Of a stretch of DNA of 64,000 nucleotides, positions 38,912 through 47,522 are shown one piece after another; within the stretch, counting starts at the first letter, position 1, and each line of letters opens with the position of its first letter. The position numbers were made by a program, and so were the translations under genes. The notes under the pieces were generated by a model, which saw only the letters and a list, made by a program, of their open reading frames with translations, ran no database searches and was not told where the DNA came from. The stretch lies in assembly GCA_018969115.1 (NCBI GenBank), contig JAGWYZ010000001.1, forward strand, positions 304 through 64,303, given 5' to 3'. Source of the DNA: Chloroflexota bacterium. Its GTDB lineage: Bacteria > Chloroflexota > Anaerolineae > J036 > Brachytrichaceae.

Positions 38912-39676
38912 ATGAGCAAATTAATTGGGCTGAGTGATGCGCGGCAAACAAAAGTTGAAGTAGAAAGGGCAGCCCACAAACTGGGGTGGCAAGTTGAATG
39001 GGCTGAACCACAAGCCGATGTCATTGATTATCTTGTACTACATCAACCCTTTTTAACCGTGTTAGACCTTGAGATCAAAAGTATTGATTGGCAAACATGG
39101 GTTTTGCAGGCAAAAACCAGCCCAGCCACCCGAAAACAACCCATATTGGCAGTTGCACCTGAATTGGCACTAGGGCTTTTGGCGCAAGCAAAGCAACACG
39201 GTTGTGATGGGGTATTAAGCGCCAAGGCTTTTTATGCAGATAGCATTGGGGTGTTGCAACAATGGGCACGACATGACGATCAGGCTGAATTGTTGCGTCA
39301 AGCGGCGCTGCCGCTGCCGCCATTGGCCCAACAAGGCATAGCACAATTTAACGCCAAAGCCTATTACGAACAGCATGAGTTATTTGAACATGCGTGGCGA
39401 GCCGAGCCGGGGCCAGTACGCCAACTCTATCAGGGCATCTTACAAATTGGCGTGGCTTATTATCAAATTCAGCGCCAAAATTATGTAGGGGCGCGCAAAA
39501 TGTTTATGCGGGCATGGCAATATTTAAATGTGTTGCCAGCCGTGTGTCAGGGGGTCGATGTAGCCCAACTTCGCCGCGATGCCCAAACTGCCCAAGCCAT
39601 GCTCGAAAACCTCGGGCCAGAGCGGATTGGGGAATTTGATACGCATTTGTTACAGCCATTAAGCTATGAGCCATGA
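38912..39676 (+). CDS. DUF309-domain protein with N-terminal receiver-like region
   Basis: YYEQHELFEHAWR..YQGILQIGVAYYQIQRQNYVGARKM resembles DUF309. Divergent from crtIB. The last codons lie in a heptamer array. Confidence 0.55.
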   Translation: MSKLIGLSDARQTKVEVERAAHKLGWQVEWAEPQADVIDYLVLHQPFLTVLDLEIKSIDWQTWVLQAKTSPATRKQPILAVAPELALGLLAQAKQHGCDGVLSAKAFYADSIGVLQQWARHDDQAELLRQAALPLPPLAQQGIAQFNAKAYYEQHELFEHAWRAEPGPVRQLYQGILQIGVAYYQIQRQNYVGARKMFMRAWQYLNVLPAVCQGVDVAQLRRDAQTAQAMLENLGPERIGEFDTHLLQPLSYEP

Positions 39677-39706
39677 GCCATGAGCTGTGATCCATGGCTC
39701 ATAGCT
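39662..39706. repeat. CATGAGC heptamer array forming a 14-bp hairpin
   Basis: AGCTATGAGCCATG (39662-39675) pairs with CATGGCTCATAGCT (39693-39706). Confidence 0.85.
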
Positions 39707-39724
39707 TTAAAAATTGCAGATCTT

Positions 39725-39907
39725 TTAATGTCCAAACTGCTCAGCTTCAGTAGAGCCAGAAAGGGCCATAGTCGAAACTTCAGGACCAGCAATAGTAGTG
39801 GCAATAGCATCGAAATAGCCAGTGCCGACAAAAACTTGATGTTTGACCGCGCCATAACCTAATTTTTTGGCAACAACTTCTCGTTGTTGCAGAGCCGAAT
39901 AGGCCCG
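39725..39907 (-). pseudogene. 3' remnant of an unidentified gene, truncated next to the IS1 element
   Basis: Open frame ..VVAKKLGYGAVKHQVFVGTGYFDAIATTIAGPEVSTMALSG..* without a usable start. The upstream part is only readable in another frame. Confidence 0.3.
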
Positions 39908-39949
39908 TCATGCCGCTTTCGCGGTAGCCAGTGGCCAATTCGGGAGTGT

Positions 39950-40393
39950 CTAGTTGACTAGAGGCAAAAAATCAATCAAAGAATAGTTGTAACGAGGATA
40001 CTTCAGCTTATGTAACTGACGACGATTCCAACAGTCGATAAATAGTGCTATAGCCCCGCGCAAAGCCTCTAAACTACGCGAAAAACACCGGGTATGTTTT
40101 ACCAAACGTGCTAAATAATGTCGCAACTCAGCGTTTTTGGCTTCTACACTATACGTCTGTGTCTTTCCTTCTGCCACTAAGTGATACCCCCGATGATAAT
40201 TTAATGCCTCATACACCGAAGCCCCATCACTACAACATTGAAATGCTTGCGCTGAACCATCAACTATCGGCTGCATCTGTTCTGCTGTGCGTTCACTTAT
40301 CGTTAGCCAATTCATAAAACACCCTGTCTTACGATGCACTTGCGTTACAAGGTAAATTCTGTTTTTTTTGACCGACAAACGTATATAACTCAT
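39950..40393 (-). CDS. insB: IS1 InsB frame (expressed as InsAB' by -1 frameshift)
   Basis: The T8 run at 40362-40369 (A8 on the coding strand) lies in the overlap. C-terminal ..RHYLARL..CFSRSLE.. is IS1-like. Confidence 0.85.
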   Translation of the reverse strand: MSYIRLSVKKNRIYLVTQVHRKTGCFMNWLTISERTAEQMQPIVDGSAQAFQCCSDGASVYEALNYHRGYHLVAEGKTQTYSVEAKNAELRHYLARLVKHTRCFSRSLEALRGAIALFIDCWNRRQLHKLKYPRYNYSLIDFLPLVN

Positions 40394-40712
40394 CTAATTC
40401 AACCGTATCCCACTCACCTAATTCTGGTATGGGGGCTTGCTCTGGGTCGATCTTTTTTGTCAGTTTGTTTATCCAATTGGCTACGGTTTGATGATTGATG
40501 CGCATTTGGCGTCCGATCCGTCGCAGATTCAGACCATCAATATACATTTCGGCCACTTTTTTGTGCATTTCTGATGGATACACGCCTGCTTTAGGAGTCG
40601 GCTTCGGCGTATAGTAACGTTTACACTCTCGACAATAGTATCGCTGACTTCCACTTTTATTTATTCCGCATTTGTGTGCATGTTCTGACTGACAATATTT
40701 ACAACTTTTCAT
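40329..40712 (-). CDS. insA: IS1 InsA (zinc-finger/HTH)
   Basis: CKYCQSEHAHKCG..YYCRECKRYYTP. Confidence 0.85.
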   Translation of the reverse strand: MKSCKYCQSEHAHKCGINKSGSQRYYCRECKRYYTPKPTPKAGVYPSEMHKKVAEMYIDGLNLRRIGRQMRINHQTVANWINKLTKKIDPEQAPIPELGEWDTVELDELYTFVGQKKQNLPCNASAS

Positions 40713-40812
40713 TCCTTAATCTTACATGACCTCTAGTTTTCTAGGCACTCCCCAAAGCCCTTGCGCCCAAAGACCCTATAGTGATTACGAAGAAAATGTG
40801 TTTTACCATACA

Positions 40813-41484
40813 TTATTCAGATGGTGTGTTTAAGATAATTCGCTCAGCTTTGCGAATCATACGCAATACCCCTGACTCAAGCGGTAATGTGTCAATGTCG
40901 TTAAATTTTAGCCACCGTATTTCGCCAGATTCATCGCTGGCCTGTGCCAATTCGGGTTGATGTGTCGCTAGCAAATAGCGTAAATCGTAGTGATAATGTG
41001 CCGGCAAGTTTTTGCGTTGCGGAATAACATGGGCATCAATATCTAACAAGACCGGTTTCATTACACTGGGGTAAAACTGCAAATCAGGTAGGCTACTTTC
41101 TTCTTGCGTTTCGCGCAAGGCAACCCGCCATGGCTCGGTTTCATATTCAGCATGACCGCCAAATTGTAACCATTTTTGCAATTTGGCATGATAGTTTAGC
41201 AAAACCCGTTTGCTTTTTGGGTCAATAACCAAGCCCGAACCGGTAATATGTCCAACTTCACAGTTCGCATTTAAAATATTGGGATGTGCTCGGCAGGCTG
41301 CCAAAATTAACTGTTTTGATTGGGCCTCAGCTTCGTCATCGGCTTGATGTGCTTCGACAAAGCGAATCACGTTATTGACCGCATCGCCCAACGAATAGCG
41401 ATACAAATCATCAATCAGCCCACGCAGTTTAGCAATCTTTTCATCAGTGCTGGCGTGTTCCCATATCGGCAATGTGGCATGCAT
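40813..41484 (-). CDS. NUDIX hydrolase with N-terminal helical extension
   Basis: GGHAEYETEPWRVALRETQEESSL Nudix box. Confidence 0.8.
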   Translation of the reverse strand: MHATLPIWEHASTDEKIAKLRGLIDDLYRYSLGDAVNNVIRFVEAHQADDEAEAQSKQLILAACRAHPNILNANCEVGHITGSGLVIDPKSKRVLLNYHAKLQKWLQFGGHAEYETEPWRVALRETQEESSLPDLQFYPSVMKPVLLDIDAHVIPQRKNLPAHYHYDLRYLLATHQPELAQASDESGEIRWLKFNDIDTLPLESGVLRMIRKAERIILNTPSE

Positions 41485-41487
41485 AGT

Positions 41488-41567
41488 AATTACGAATGAG
41501 AAATTACGAATTACGAATTACGTGGGGTGAAGTTTCGGCCCCAAATTCGTAACTTGTAATTCGTAAT
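41488..41567. repeat. AATTACG heptamer array and inverse flanking a small GC hairpin (intercistronic)
   Basis: AATTACG-type x5 (41488-41522), TGGGG..CCCCA centre, AATTCGT-type x3 (41544-41567). Confidence 0.85.
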
Positions 41568-41570
41568 GGA

Positions 41571-43430
41571 CTATTGGGTTGGTTTGCTGTTGTCACGCAC
41601 AATAGCATCGGGGGGGGGCACAAAACCTGGCCCATAGTGAAACACATTTTGCCAAGGTACATATTTGCTTTGCACCGTTTCGTTAATGATCAACTTACCA
41701 TCTTTTTTTACTTGTCGGCTAAAAACGATAATGGCACCAGCCTGCGCAAATTCAGTTTGCTTGACTTGATTTTCCGGCACCTTCTTTTCTGGGTCAAGCT
41801 CATAAATATCGGCCCCGGGTGGGGTGGTCGAAAGCACATTTGACTTGCTGATAACCACTTCGCGGTTATCGGGCGTGCCATAAAATTTAAAGGTATGTGT
41901 ACCCGTCGCTGTATTGACATAACTTTCGATCAAAATATGACCCGGCGTGTCATTTTTAAATTTCAAATCCACATAAGGCCCAAACACAGTCGAGTCGAAA
42001 CCTGCGCCCATGCCACGCTCATAGTAACTGACCCGATACCCATGTGGCAATCGCTCAAGGATGGGTAAGCCAGCCTTTAAAGCCGCCTGATAAGCCGTAG
42101 TCGATACCTGACATACGCCACCACCCACGCCTTTTACGGTGCGGTCGCCAATAATTACCAAACCTTCTTCAAACCCATCTTTGGTCGAAACTTCGCCCAA
42201 AATATCGTTATAAGAAAATACGGCACCGGGTGGAACCACAACCCCATGAAAACGCGCCGCCGCCACTTGAATGTTCCGAATACGTGCTGCCGACGATCCG
42301 GCGAAATTAGTCGAAGCGGCAACCAATAATTTTTGGATGCCTAATTGTGAAGCAGTCACTTGGGTGTTTAATTTTGCGACAGTGACTTGGGTAGCAATGC
42401 TTACCTGATTTTTGCCTGTGCGCAAAGCCTCGCTGACTGCGTTTAATGTAGCTTGCAGATCGAGCTGACGACCGGGCTTGTCTTGCCGAATCACTTGTAA
42501 TTGGCTCGACTTTTCGTCGAAAATAAAATGAGCATCTTCGGCTTCAAGATACATGGCTGGGGCCAATGGCTCAATAATGGGGCGTAATTTTTCTTCGCGC
42601 AAACGCACATTTAATTTGATTGAACCATTTTTATCGGGTGCAGCTTCTTCAAAAAAAATGTAATTGAGCAAATCGGCATTTTTAACACGAAAAACTTCAT
42701 TGCTGCCAACAATAGCGCCTTGCTCATTAAATTTTGGCAACATAATTGCTACTTCACCCTTTAACACACGGGCCGCATCTTCGGTCGCCTCTTTGGCACT
42801 GGTGATAGCTGGCAAAATAGGACGAGTGGGCAAATTAAGTTCAGCTTGCTTACCACTCATAATCGCATCACGAATCATTCGGACAGATGCTTCTTTTTCG
42901 AGTGCAAGACCAGTTTGGGCAGTTATCTCGCGCACCGATAGACCATTAATAATGACTGCAGCATCTCGTGATGGTTTATCAATCTCTGTGGCAAGTCGAT
43001 CAACCAATCGGATCACAGCTTCATTATCTTGAAAAATAGCAGGGTTTAGATCAAAACCATTTTGTTGGGCTTCAGTGCGAATGCGAATACGTTCAGACAA
43101 ACCACCCTCACGCCCAAACTGCAAGGCCTTTTCAACAATGGGCGCAGGGTTTGCTCCTATGCCTAGCTCTGACAATTTGTATGATGATATGCGGTCAGCC
43201 GCCTTTAACGTAATAAGTGGGGTGTTATATTGTGTTTGCAGCTTGCTTGTTGCCAACGCAAAGATTTCTTGCGCATTCATCCCGCCGACTTCCGTCCCCA
43301 TCACTTTTACACCCGGGTAGGCACGGTTGCGATAAGGCAACTCAAATTTTGAGTAGGCATAGGCCACCCCAGCCACAATAGCACCAGCAAGTACGACTGC
43401 AATTAAAAAAGGTTTAAATATTCGAGACAT
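41571..43430 (-). CDS. VanW-family protein with N-terminal TM anchor
   Basis: GGGVCQVSTTAYQAALKAG VanW core. ATG at 43430 (MSRIFKPFLIAVVLAG). Confidence 0.75.
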   Translation of the reverse strand: MSRIFKPFLIAVVLAGAIVAGVAYAYSKFELPYRNRAYPGVKVMGTEVGGMNAQEIFALATSKLQTQYNTPLITLKAADRISSYKLSELGIGANPAPIVEKALQFGREGGLSERIRIRTEAQQNGFDLNPAIFQDNEAVIRLVDRLATEIDKPSRDAAVIINGLSVREITAQTGLALEKEASVRMIRDAIMSGKQAELNLPTRPILPAITSAKEATEDAARVLKGEVAIMLPKFNEQGAIVGSNEVFRVKNADLLNYIFFEEAAPDKNGSIKLNVRLREEKLRPIIEPLAPAMYLEAEDAHFIFDEKSSQLQVIRQDKPGRQLDLQATLNAVSEALRTGKNQVSIATQVTVAKLNTQVTASQLGIQKLLVAASTNFAGSSAARIRNIQVAAARFHGVVVPPGAVFSYNDILGEVSTKDGFEEGLVIIGDRTVKGVGGGVCQVSTTAYQAALKAGLPILERLPHGYRVSYYERGMGAGFDSTVFGPYVDLKFKNDTPGHILIESYVNTATGTHTFKFYGTPDNREVVISKSNVLSTTPPGADIYELDPEKKVPENQVKQTEFAQAGAIIVFSRQVKKDGKLIINETVQSKYVPWQNVFHYGPGFVPPPDAIVRDNSKPTQ

Positions 43431-43716
43431 AACACCAACCCACCTTAAGTTAAACAAGCTAAATAAACTTTTTGTATTTTCGATATAGTTGTCTATATCG
43501 AGCAAGGGTAAAAATCGACGAAAACCTCTGGCAAAGCTTTTTCTAAATAGCTATAAGAGATATAGTCGTTGTAACACTGCAAAATAGCCTATCAAAAATT
43601 AACTTGTCATAGCCCAATCTCTGTAACAAAATGTTACATTATTATAGACAAATAAAATAAAGATCGCGTATACATCGTATGATATTGGCAACGCTGTTTG
43701 CCAATAATACAGCTTA

Positions 43717-43832
43717 GGGATTAAAATCCCACGCTGGGTACACAAAGACCGCCTTTGCGGTCTAAATGTTTAACTAATGAAGGATGAAGGTAGTCTTAGT
43801 ATATATAGCGTGCCATTTCTAATGGCTGCGCC
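43717..43832. repeat. Family-2 multi-hairpin element (copy 1, with a heptamer insertion)
   Basis: GGGATTAAAATCCCACGCTGGGTACACAAAGACCGCCTTTGCGGTCTAAAT.. matches the reverse complement of copy 50982-51090. Contains GAAGGAT GAAGGTA at 43779-43792. Confidence 0.65.
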
Positions 43833-43860
43833 ATCTACGGTATAAAATCGATATTCTACG

Positions 43861-44403
43861 GTGAATGTAATTGCAACTTTGCCCACCCTCTACACAACTC
43901 GTCTAACATTGCGCAAACTCGCGATGTCAGACGTGGATGATTTTTTTGAGTATAGTTCAGACCCCGATGTGACACGCTATACATTGTGGGAAACACACCG
44001 CTCGTTGCAACAGGCGCAAACCCATTTAGCCGAATATGTGCGCGATTATGATTATGGGTGTATGCCAACATGGGGCATCGTATTCACAGAGACCCAAAAA
44101 CTAATCGGCACATGCGGTTTTCATCATATTTCAGCCTATGCCCAACAGGCCGAAATTGGTTATACGCTATCTAAAGCTTATTGGGGCCAAGGTTTAGCTA
44201 CCGAAGCCATACGAACCGTGCTAGACTTTGCCTTTAAGAAAGCCCTCTTACAAAGAGTAACCGCCCGTATCACACCCGATAATATTGCATCGGCGCGTGT
44301 TTTACAAAAATTAGGCTTTCGTTTGTCTGGTTCAATGCTGGAATATGTGCCAATGTGGCAACAAATGCAACATTTAGATATTTATCAACTTGATTATTTT
44401 TAA
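43861..44403 (+). CDS. GNAT acetyltransferase (RimJ/RimL-like)
   Basis: TLYTTRLTLRKL.., YWGQGLATEA. GTG start. Confidence 0.8.
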   Translation: MNVIATLPTLYTTRLTLRKLAMSDVDDFFEYSSDPDVTRYTLWETHRSLQQAQTHLAEYVRDYDYGCMPTWGIVFTETQKLIGTCGFHHISAYAQQAEIGYTLSKAYWGQGLATEAIRTVLDFAFKKALLQRVTARITPDNIASARVLQKLGFRLSGSMLEYVPMWQQMQHLDIYQLDYF

Positions 44404-44415
44404 GGCCCATTTGAT

Positions 44416-44530
44416 AAATTCTTGATAATGCGTGGTAAAACAGATTTTCACCGAACTCATTATGCCTTTGTCCACTTCGTGGACAAAGGCATAATGAGTT
44501 CGGCATCTCCTTCATTTTCATCTATCTTTG
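44416..44530 (-). repeat. Family-1 MITE-like element (reverse, ends diverged)
   Basis: Core 44451-44503 has 25/25 complementary arms, CCGAACTCATTATGCCTTTGTCCAC-TTC-GTGG... Flank TTCGGTGAAAATCTGTTTTA on the reverse strand. Confidence 0.7.
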
Positions 44531-44542
44531 CAATAAAATAAT

Positions 44543-45832
44543 ATGCCAACCCAATCTAAAAAACAAAAAACAAATATAAGTGTGCCATGCGCAGCCAATA
44601 TCGCCGATTTTCGGCTTAAAAATGGCATACGGGTATTGGCGTATGAAAACTTTGCCAGCCCCGCTGTCGTGGTGAGCGGCTATTTTAATGCGGGGGCCCG
44701 CGATGAAACGCCTGATAAAGCTGGGTTGGCTAGTTTTGTTGCAGATTGTTTATCGCGCGGGACGCTAAACCGTAGTTATGAGCAAATTTTTGAGCAGACT
44801 GAGAGCATTGGTGCAACAACGAGCATTTCATCGGCCATGCATACCAGTTCGATTTTTGCCAAAAGCTTGGCCGAAGATCTGCCCCTGATGCTCGATCATT
44901 TGAGTGATCAGTTACGCAACCCGATTTTTCCTGAAGATGAGCTAGAAAAAGAGCGCGCCGAATGGTTGACCGGATTAGAGGAACGCAATAATAACACTCG
45001 TGCAATGGCAAGCATGGCTTTTGGCAAGTTGTGCTATCCAGAAGGTCACCCCTATCATTCTCCAGCAGATGGCACCCTCGAAACTGCCAAAGCGATTGCC
45101 CGTGACGATGTCGTCAATTTTCATCGTCGTTATTATTCACCTCAAGATATGGTGATTGTAGTGGTAGGGGCCGTAAAAGCTGATGAAGCGCGGCGACGTG
45201 TCACAGAATCTTTCGGCGATTGGACCGCTATTCGCCCAGCCCGTATCGACATGCCGCCCGCCCCTAAACCCAGTGGCATTGTGCGTGAACATATTCAGAT
45301 GCCGGGCAAAAGTCAATCAAATATAATTTGGGGCTACCCTAGCTTACCACGTAGCCACCCTGATTGGATGGCCTGCGCCTTGATGAATAGCATCTTGGGG
45401 CAATTTGGCATGTATGGGCGTATGGGTGAAAGTGTACGAAAAGAAGAAGGCTTGGTCTATTACATCGGCAGTAGCTTCGATGGCGGCCCCGGCCCGGGGT
45501 CATGGAATTGTTATGCTGGCACTCATCCTAACACTGTAGATCGTGTGCTCGCAATTTCGCGGGCTGAGGTCAAACATATTCAAAACCACAAAGTAAAGCC
45601 GATTGAGTTAGAAGACAACAAACTCTATTTTACTGGCTCGTTGCCACTTGGCTTAGAGACAAACGAAGGCATGGCTGGGCAAATCATCAGCCAAGTGCGT
45701 TATAACTTGGGGTTAGATTATTTGCTCACTTATGCCGATAAGGTCAATGCCATTACGTTGGCCGACATTCAGCGCGTGGCTCAAACTTGGCTAGATGCTG
45801 ACAATTTTGTGGTGGTTTCGGCTGGGGCATAA
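44543..45832 (+). CDS. M16 (pitrilysin) family protein, predicted catalytically inactive
   Basis: The position of the HxxEH zinc motif reads GLASFVADCLSRGT. Confidence 0.75.
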   Translation: MPTQSKKQKTNISVPCAANIADFRLKNGIRVLAYENFASPAVVVSGYFNAGARDETPDKAGLASFVADCLSRGTLNRSYEQIFEQTESIGATTSISSAMHTSSIFAKSLAEDLPLMLDHLSDQLRNPIFPEDELEKERAEWLTGLEERNNNTRAMASMAFGKLCYPEGHPYHSPADGTLETAKAIARDDVVNFHRRYYSPQDMVIVVVGAVKADEARRRVTESFGDWTAIRPARIDMPPAPKPSGIVREHIQMPGKSQSNIIWGYPSLPRSHPDWMACALMNSILGQFGMYGRMGESVRKEEGLVYYIGSSFDGGPGPGSWNCYAGTHPNTVDRVLAISRAEVKHIQNHKVKPIELEDNKLYFTGSLPLGLETNEGMAGQIISQVRYNLGLDYLLTYADKVNAITLADIQRVAQTWLDADNFVVVSAGA

Positions 45833-45839
45833 AGACTAA

Positions 45840-47522
45840 ATGCGCCCGCTCATCGGCCTCGCCCTCGTTATTGTGCTAACGGTACTTGCCACGTTGGCCG
45901 ATGTGGCAAGTACGAAGTTATGGGACAGTTATGTCAATTACACCAGCCCATATCTCGCCCCTTTGCCCCAAGATGCCCCCGAACCGGCGCTAACGCCACG
46001 CGTGGTGATGGTGCTTGTGCGCGGCTTACGCGCAGATGTTTCGCGCAGTTTGCCAACGCTAAACAAATTGCGCGAAAATGGGGCTGATATTACCTTGGAA
46101 CTTGACCCACCTTTATTGCGTTTGCCATTGTTAATGACCCTATTTAGTGGGGCCAATGTCGAAACGCATGGCATTAGTGCTAACCAAGGGTTACGCGACC
46201 AAGTGGGCGCAGACACGATCTTTTTAGAATTGCATACCCGCGAAAAATTTTCATCCATTGTTGGCAGTCAGGTATGGAACACCTTATTTGGCAGCACCGT
46301 CAGCCTTGAGTATGCCGATAACAACGAACAGGCGGTACAAACGGGGATTAATATTCTCAATGACCCGGCCATTAAGCCTAATTTTGTTGGGATCGAGCTA
46401 ACCCTAAATGAGCCATCGATCAGCACTGGGACAAATGCCCAACGCCTTAGCCTAGATACAAATTTGGCACGACTGATGAGTGCCATCGATTTAAACAAAA
46501 ACACCCTCATTGTGGTCGCCGATCGAGGGGTTGTGAGTGACAGTGTCAGTTCAGGGCTGCGCTTTGGGTTAAGCGCAGCCGAAGAATTGGCGGCGGCGCG
46601 GGTTCCGTTGGTCATGGCAGGCGCTGGCATTCGCTCTGTGCGGGCGGCAGTGAAGGCAAACGCAGTTGCACCTACTTTAGCCATCTTACTCGGCGTGCCC
46701 ATCCCAATGCACGCCCAAAGTATCCCCATTTTGCCTGCTTTACAATTGTCAGGACGCAGCCTGATCGAAACCGCCGATCATTCAGCCGCCCAACTCACCA
46801 CTTTTTACGAAAATTGGGCCGCCGTCATTCGTCAGCCACGTTTTGCCGCCGAGTTTTACCAAAGCCAGCGCCCCCAATTACGCGCCAGCACCGATGCCCG
46901 CCCATTACAAAATTTTGAAACTGCGCTCAATATCCGCCATCAAACGGCATTAGATGCCCAATTACGCAGCGATCAATTATTGCGTTTACCGTTATTAGGC
47001 GGAACAATGCTGTGTATCATTGGTTTTTTGGGGTTGTTAATTAGCCAACGTATTTGGTTACCATTTTTTGGAGCGGTGCTTTATGCTGGGGGATGGGCGG
47101 CACTGTTTTTTTATGGGCGGCAAGATCGTTTTTCGTTCAGTATGTTTCTTGATGCGAATCCATTTCCATTTCTTGCAAGCGTAGGACGCGATAATATCAG
47201 CGTTATTCTTTTGGTTGGGCTAATCATGACCTTATTTGCCGGGCGCAATGCGCCACAAGCCCTATATGCTGTTACCGATGTTTTATCGACCTTGGCCTTG
47301 ATTGTATTTACACAAGCGTTAGGGGTGATTTGGTTTGTGTGGCAATGGGACTATACCTTTACCCAATTTTTGCCCGACAGTCGTTTTTTTACACTGGCCC
47401 TGGTTGCACTCACCCAAATCGCTTCACTTTCACAACCTATTATTGGTTTTAACGTGCCCATCGCATTGGCGCTTTGCATATTTTCATTATTGATGTATGC
47501 TTTAGTTGGAAAAAAATTATGA
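45840..47522 (+). CDS. Membrane protein with N-terminal alkaline-phosphatase-superfamily (phosphodiesterase-like) domain, catalytic residues apparently lost
   Basis: VMVLVRGLRAD.., LFSGANVETHGI, LIVVADRGVV resemble the Phosphodiest family with the metal/nucleophile positions replaced. C-terminal about 6 TM segments. Confidence 0.5.
   Translation: MRPLIGLALVIVLTVLATLADVASTKLWDSYVNYTSPYLAPLPQDAPEPALTPRVVMVLVRGLRADVSRSLPTLNKLRENGADITLELDPPLLRLPLLMTLFSGANVETHGISANQGLRDQVGADTIFLELHTREKFSSIVGSQVWNTLFGSTVSLEYADNNEQAVQTGINILNDPAIKPNFVGIELTLNEPSISTGTNAQRLSLDTNLARLMSAIDLNKNTLIVVADRGVVSDSVSSGLRFGLSAAEELAAARVPLVMAGAGIRSVRAAVKANAVAPTLAILLGVPIPMHAQSIPILPALQLSGRSLIETADHSAAQLTTFYENWAAVIRQPRFAAEFYQSQRPQLRASTDARPLQNFETALNIRHQTALDAQLRSDQLLRLPLLGGTMLCIIGFLGLLISQRIWLPFFGAVLYAGGWAALFFYGRQDRFSFSMFLDANPFPFLASVGRDNISVILLVGLIMTLFAGRNAPQALYAVTDVLSTLALIVFTQALGVIWFVWQWDYTFTQFLPDSRFFTLALVALTQIASLSQPIIGFNVPIALALCIFSLLMYALVGKKL

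Larger units (their letters stand above)
39942..40752 (-). mobile_element. IS1-family insertion sequence, apparently intact
   Basis: 23-bp terminal inverted repeats, GGGAGTGTCTAGTTGACTAGAGG versus reverse complement GGGAGTGCCTAGAAAACTAGAGG (19/23). insA/insB overlap with an A8 slippery run. Confidence 0.85.
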
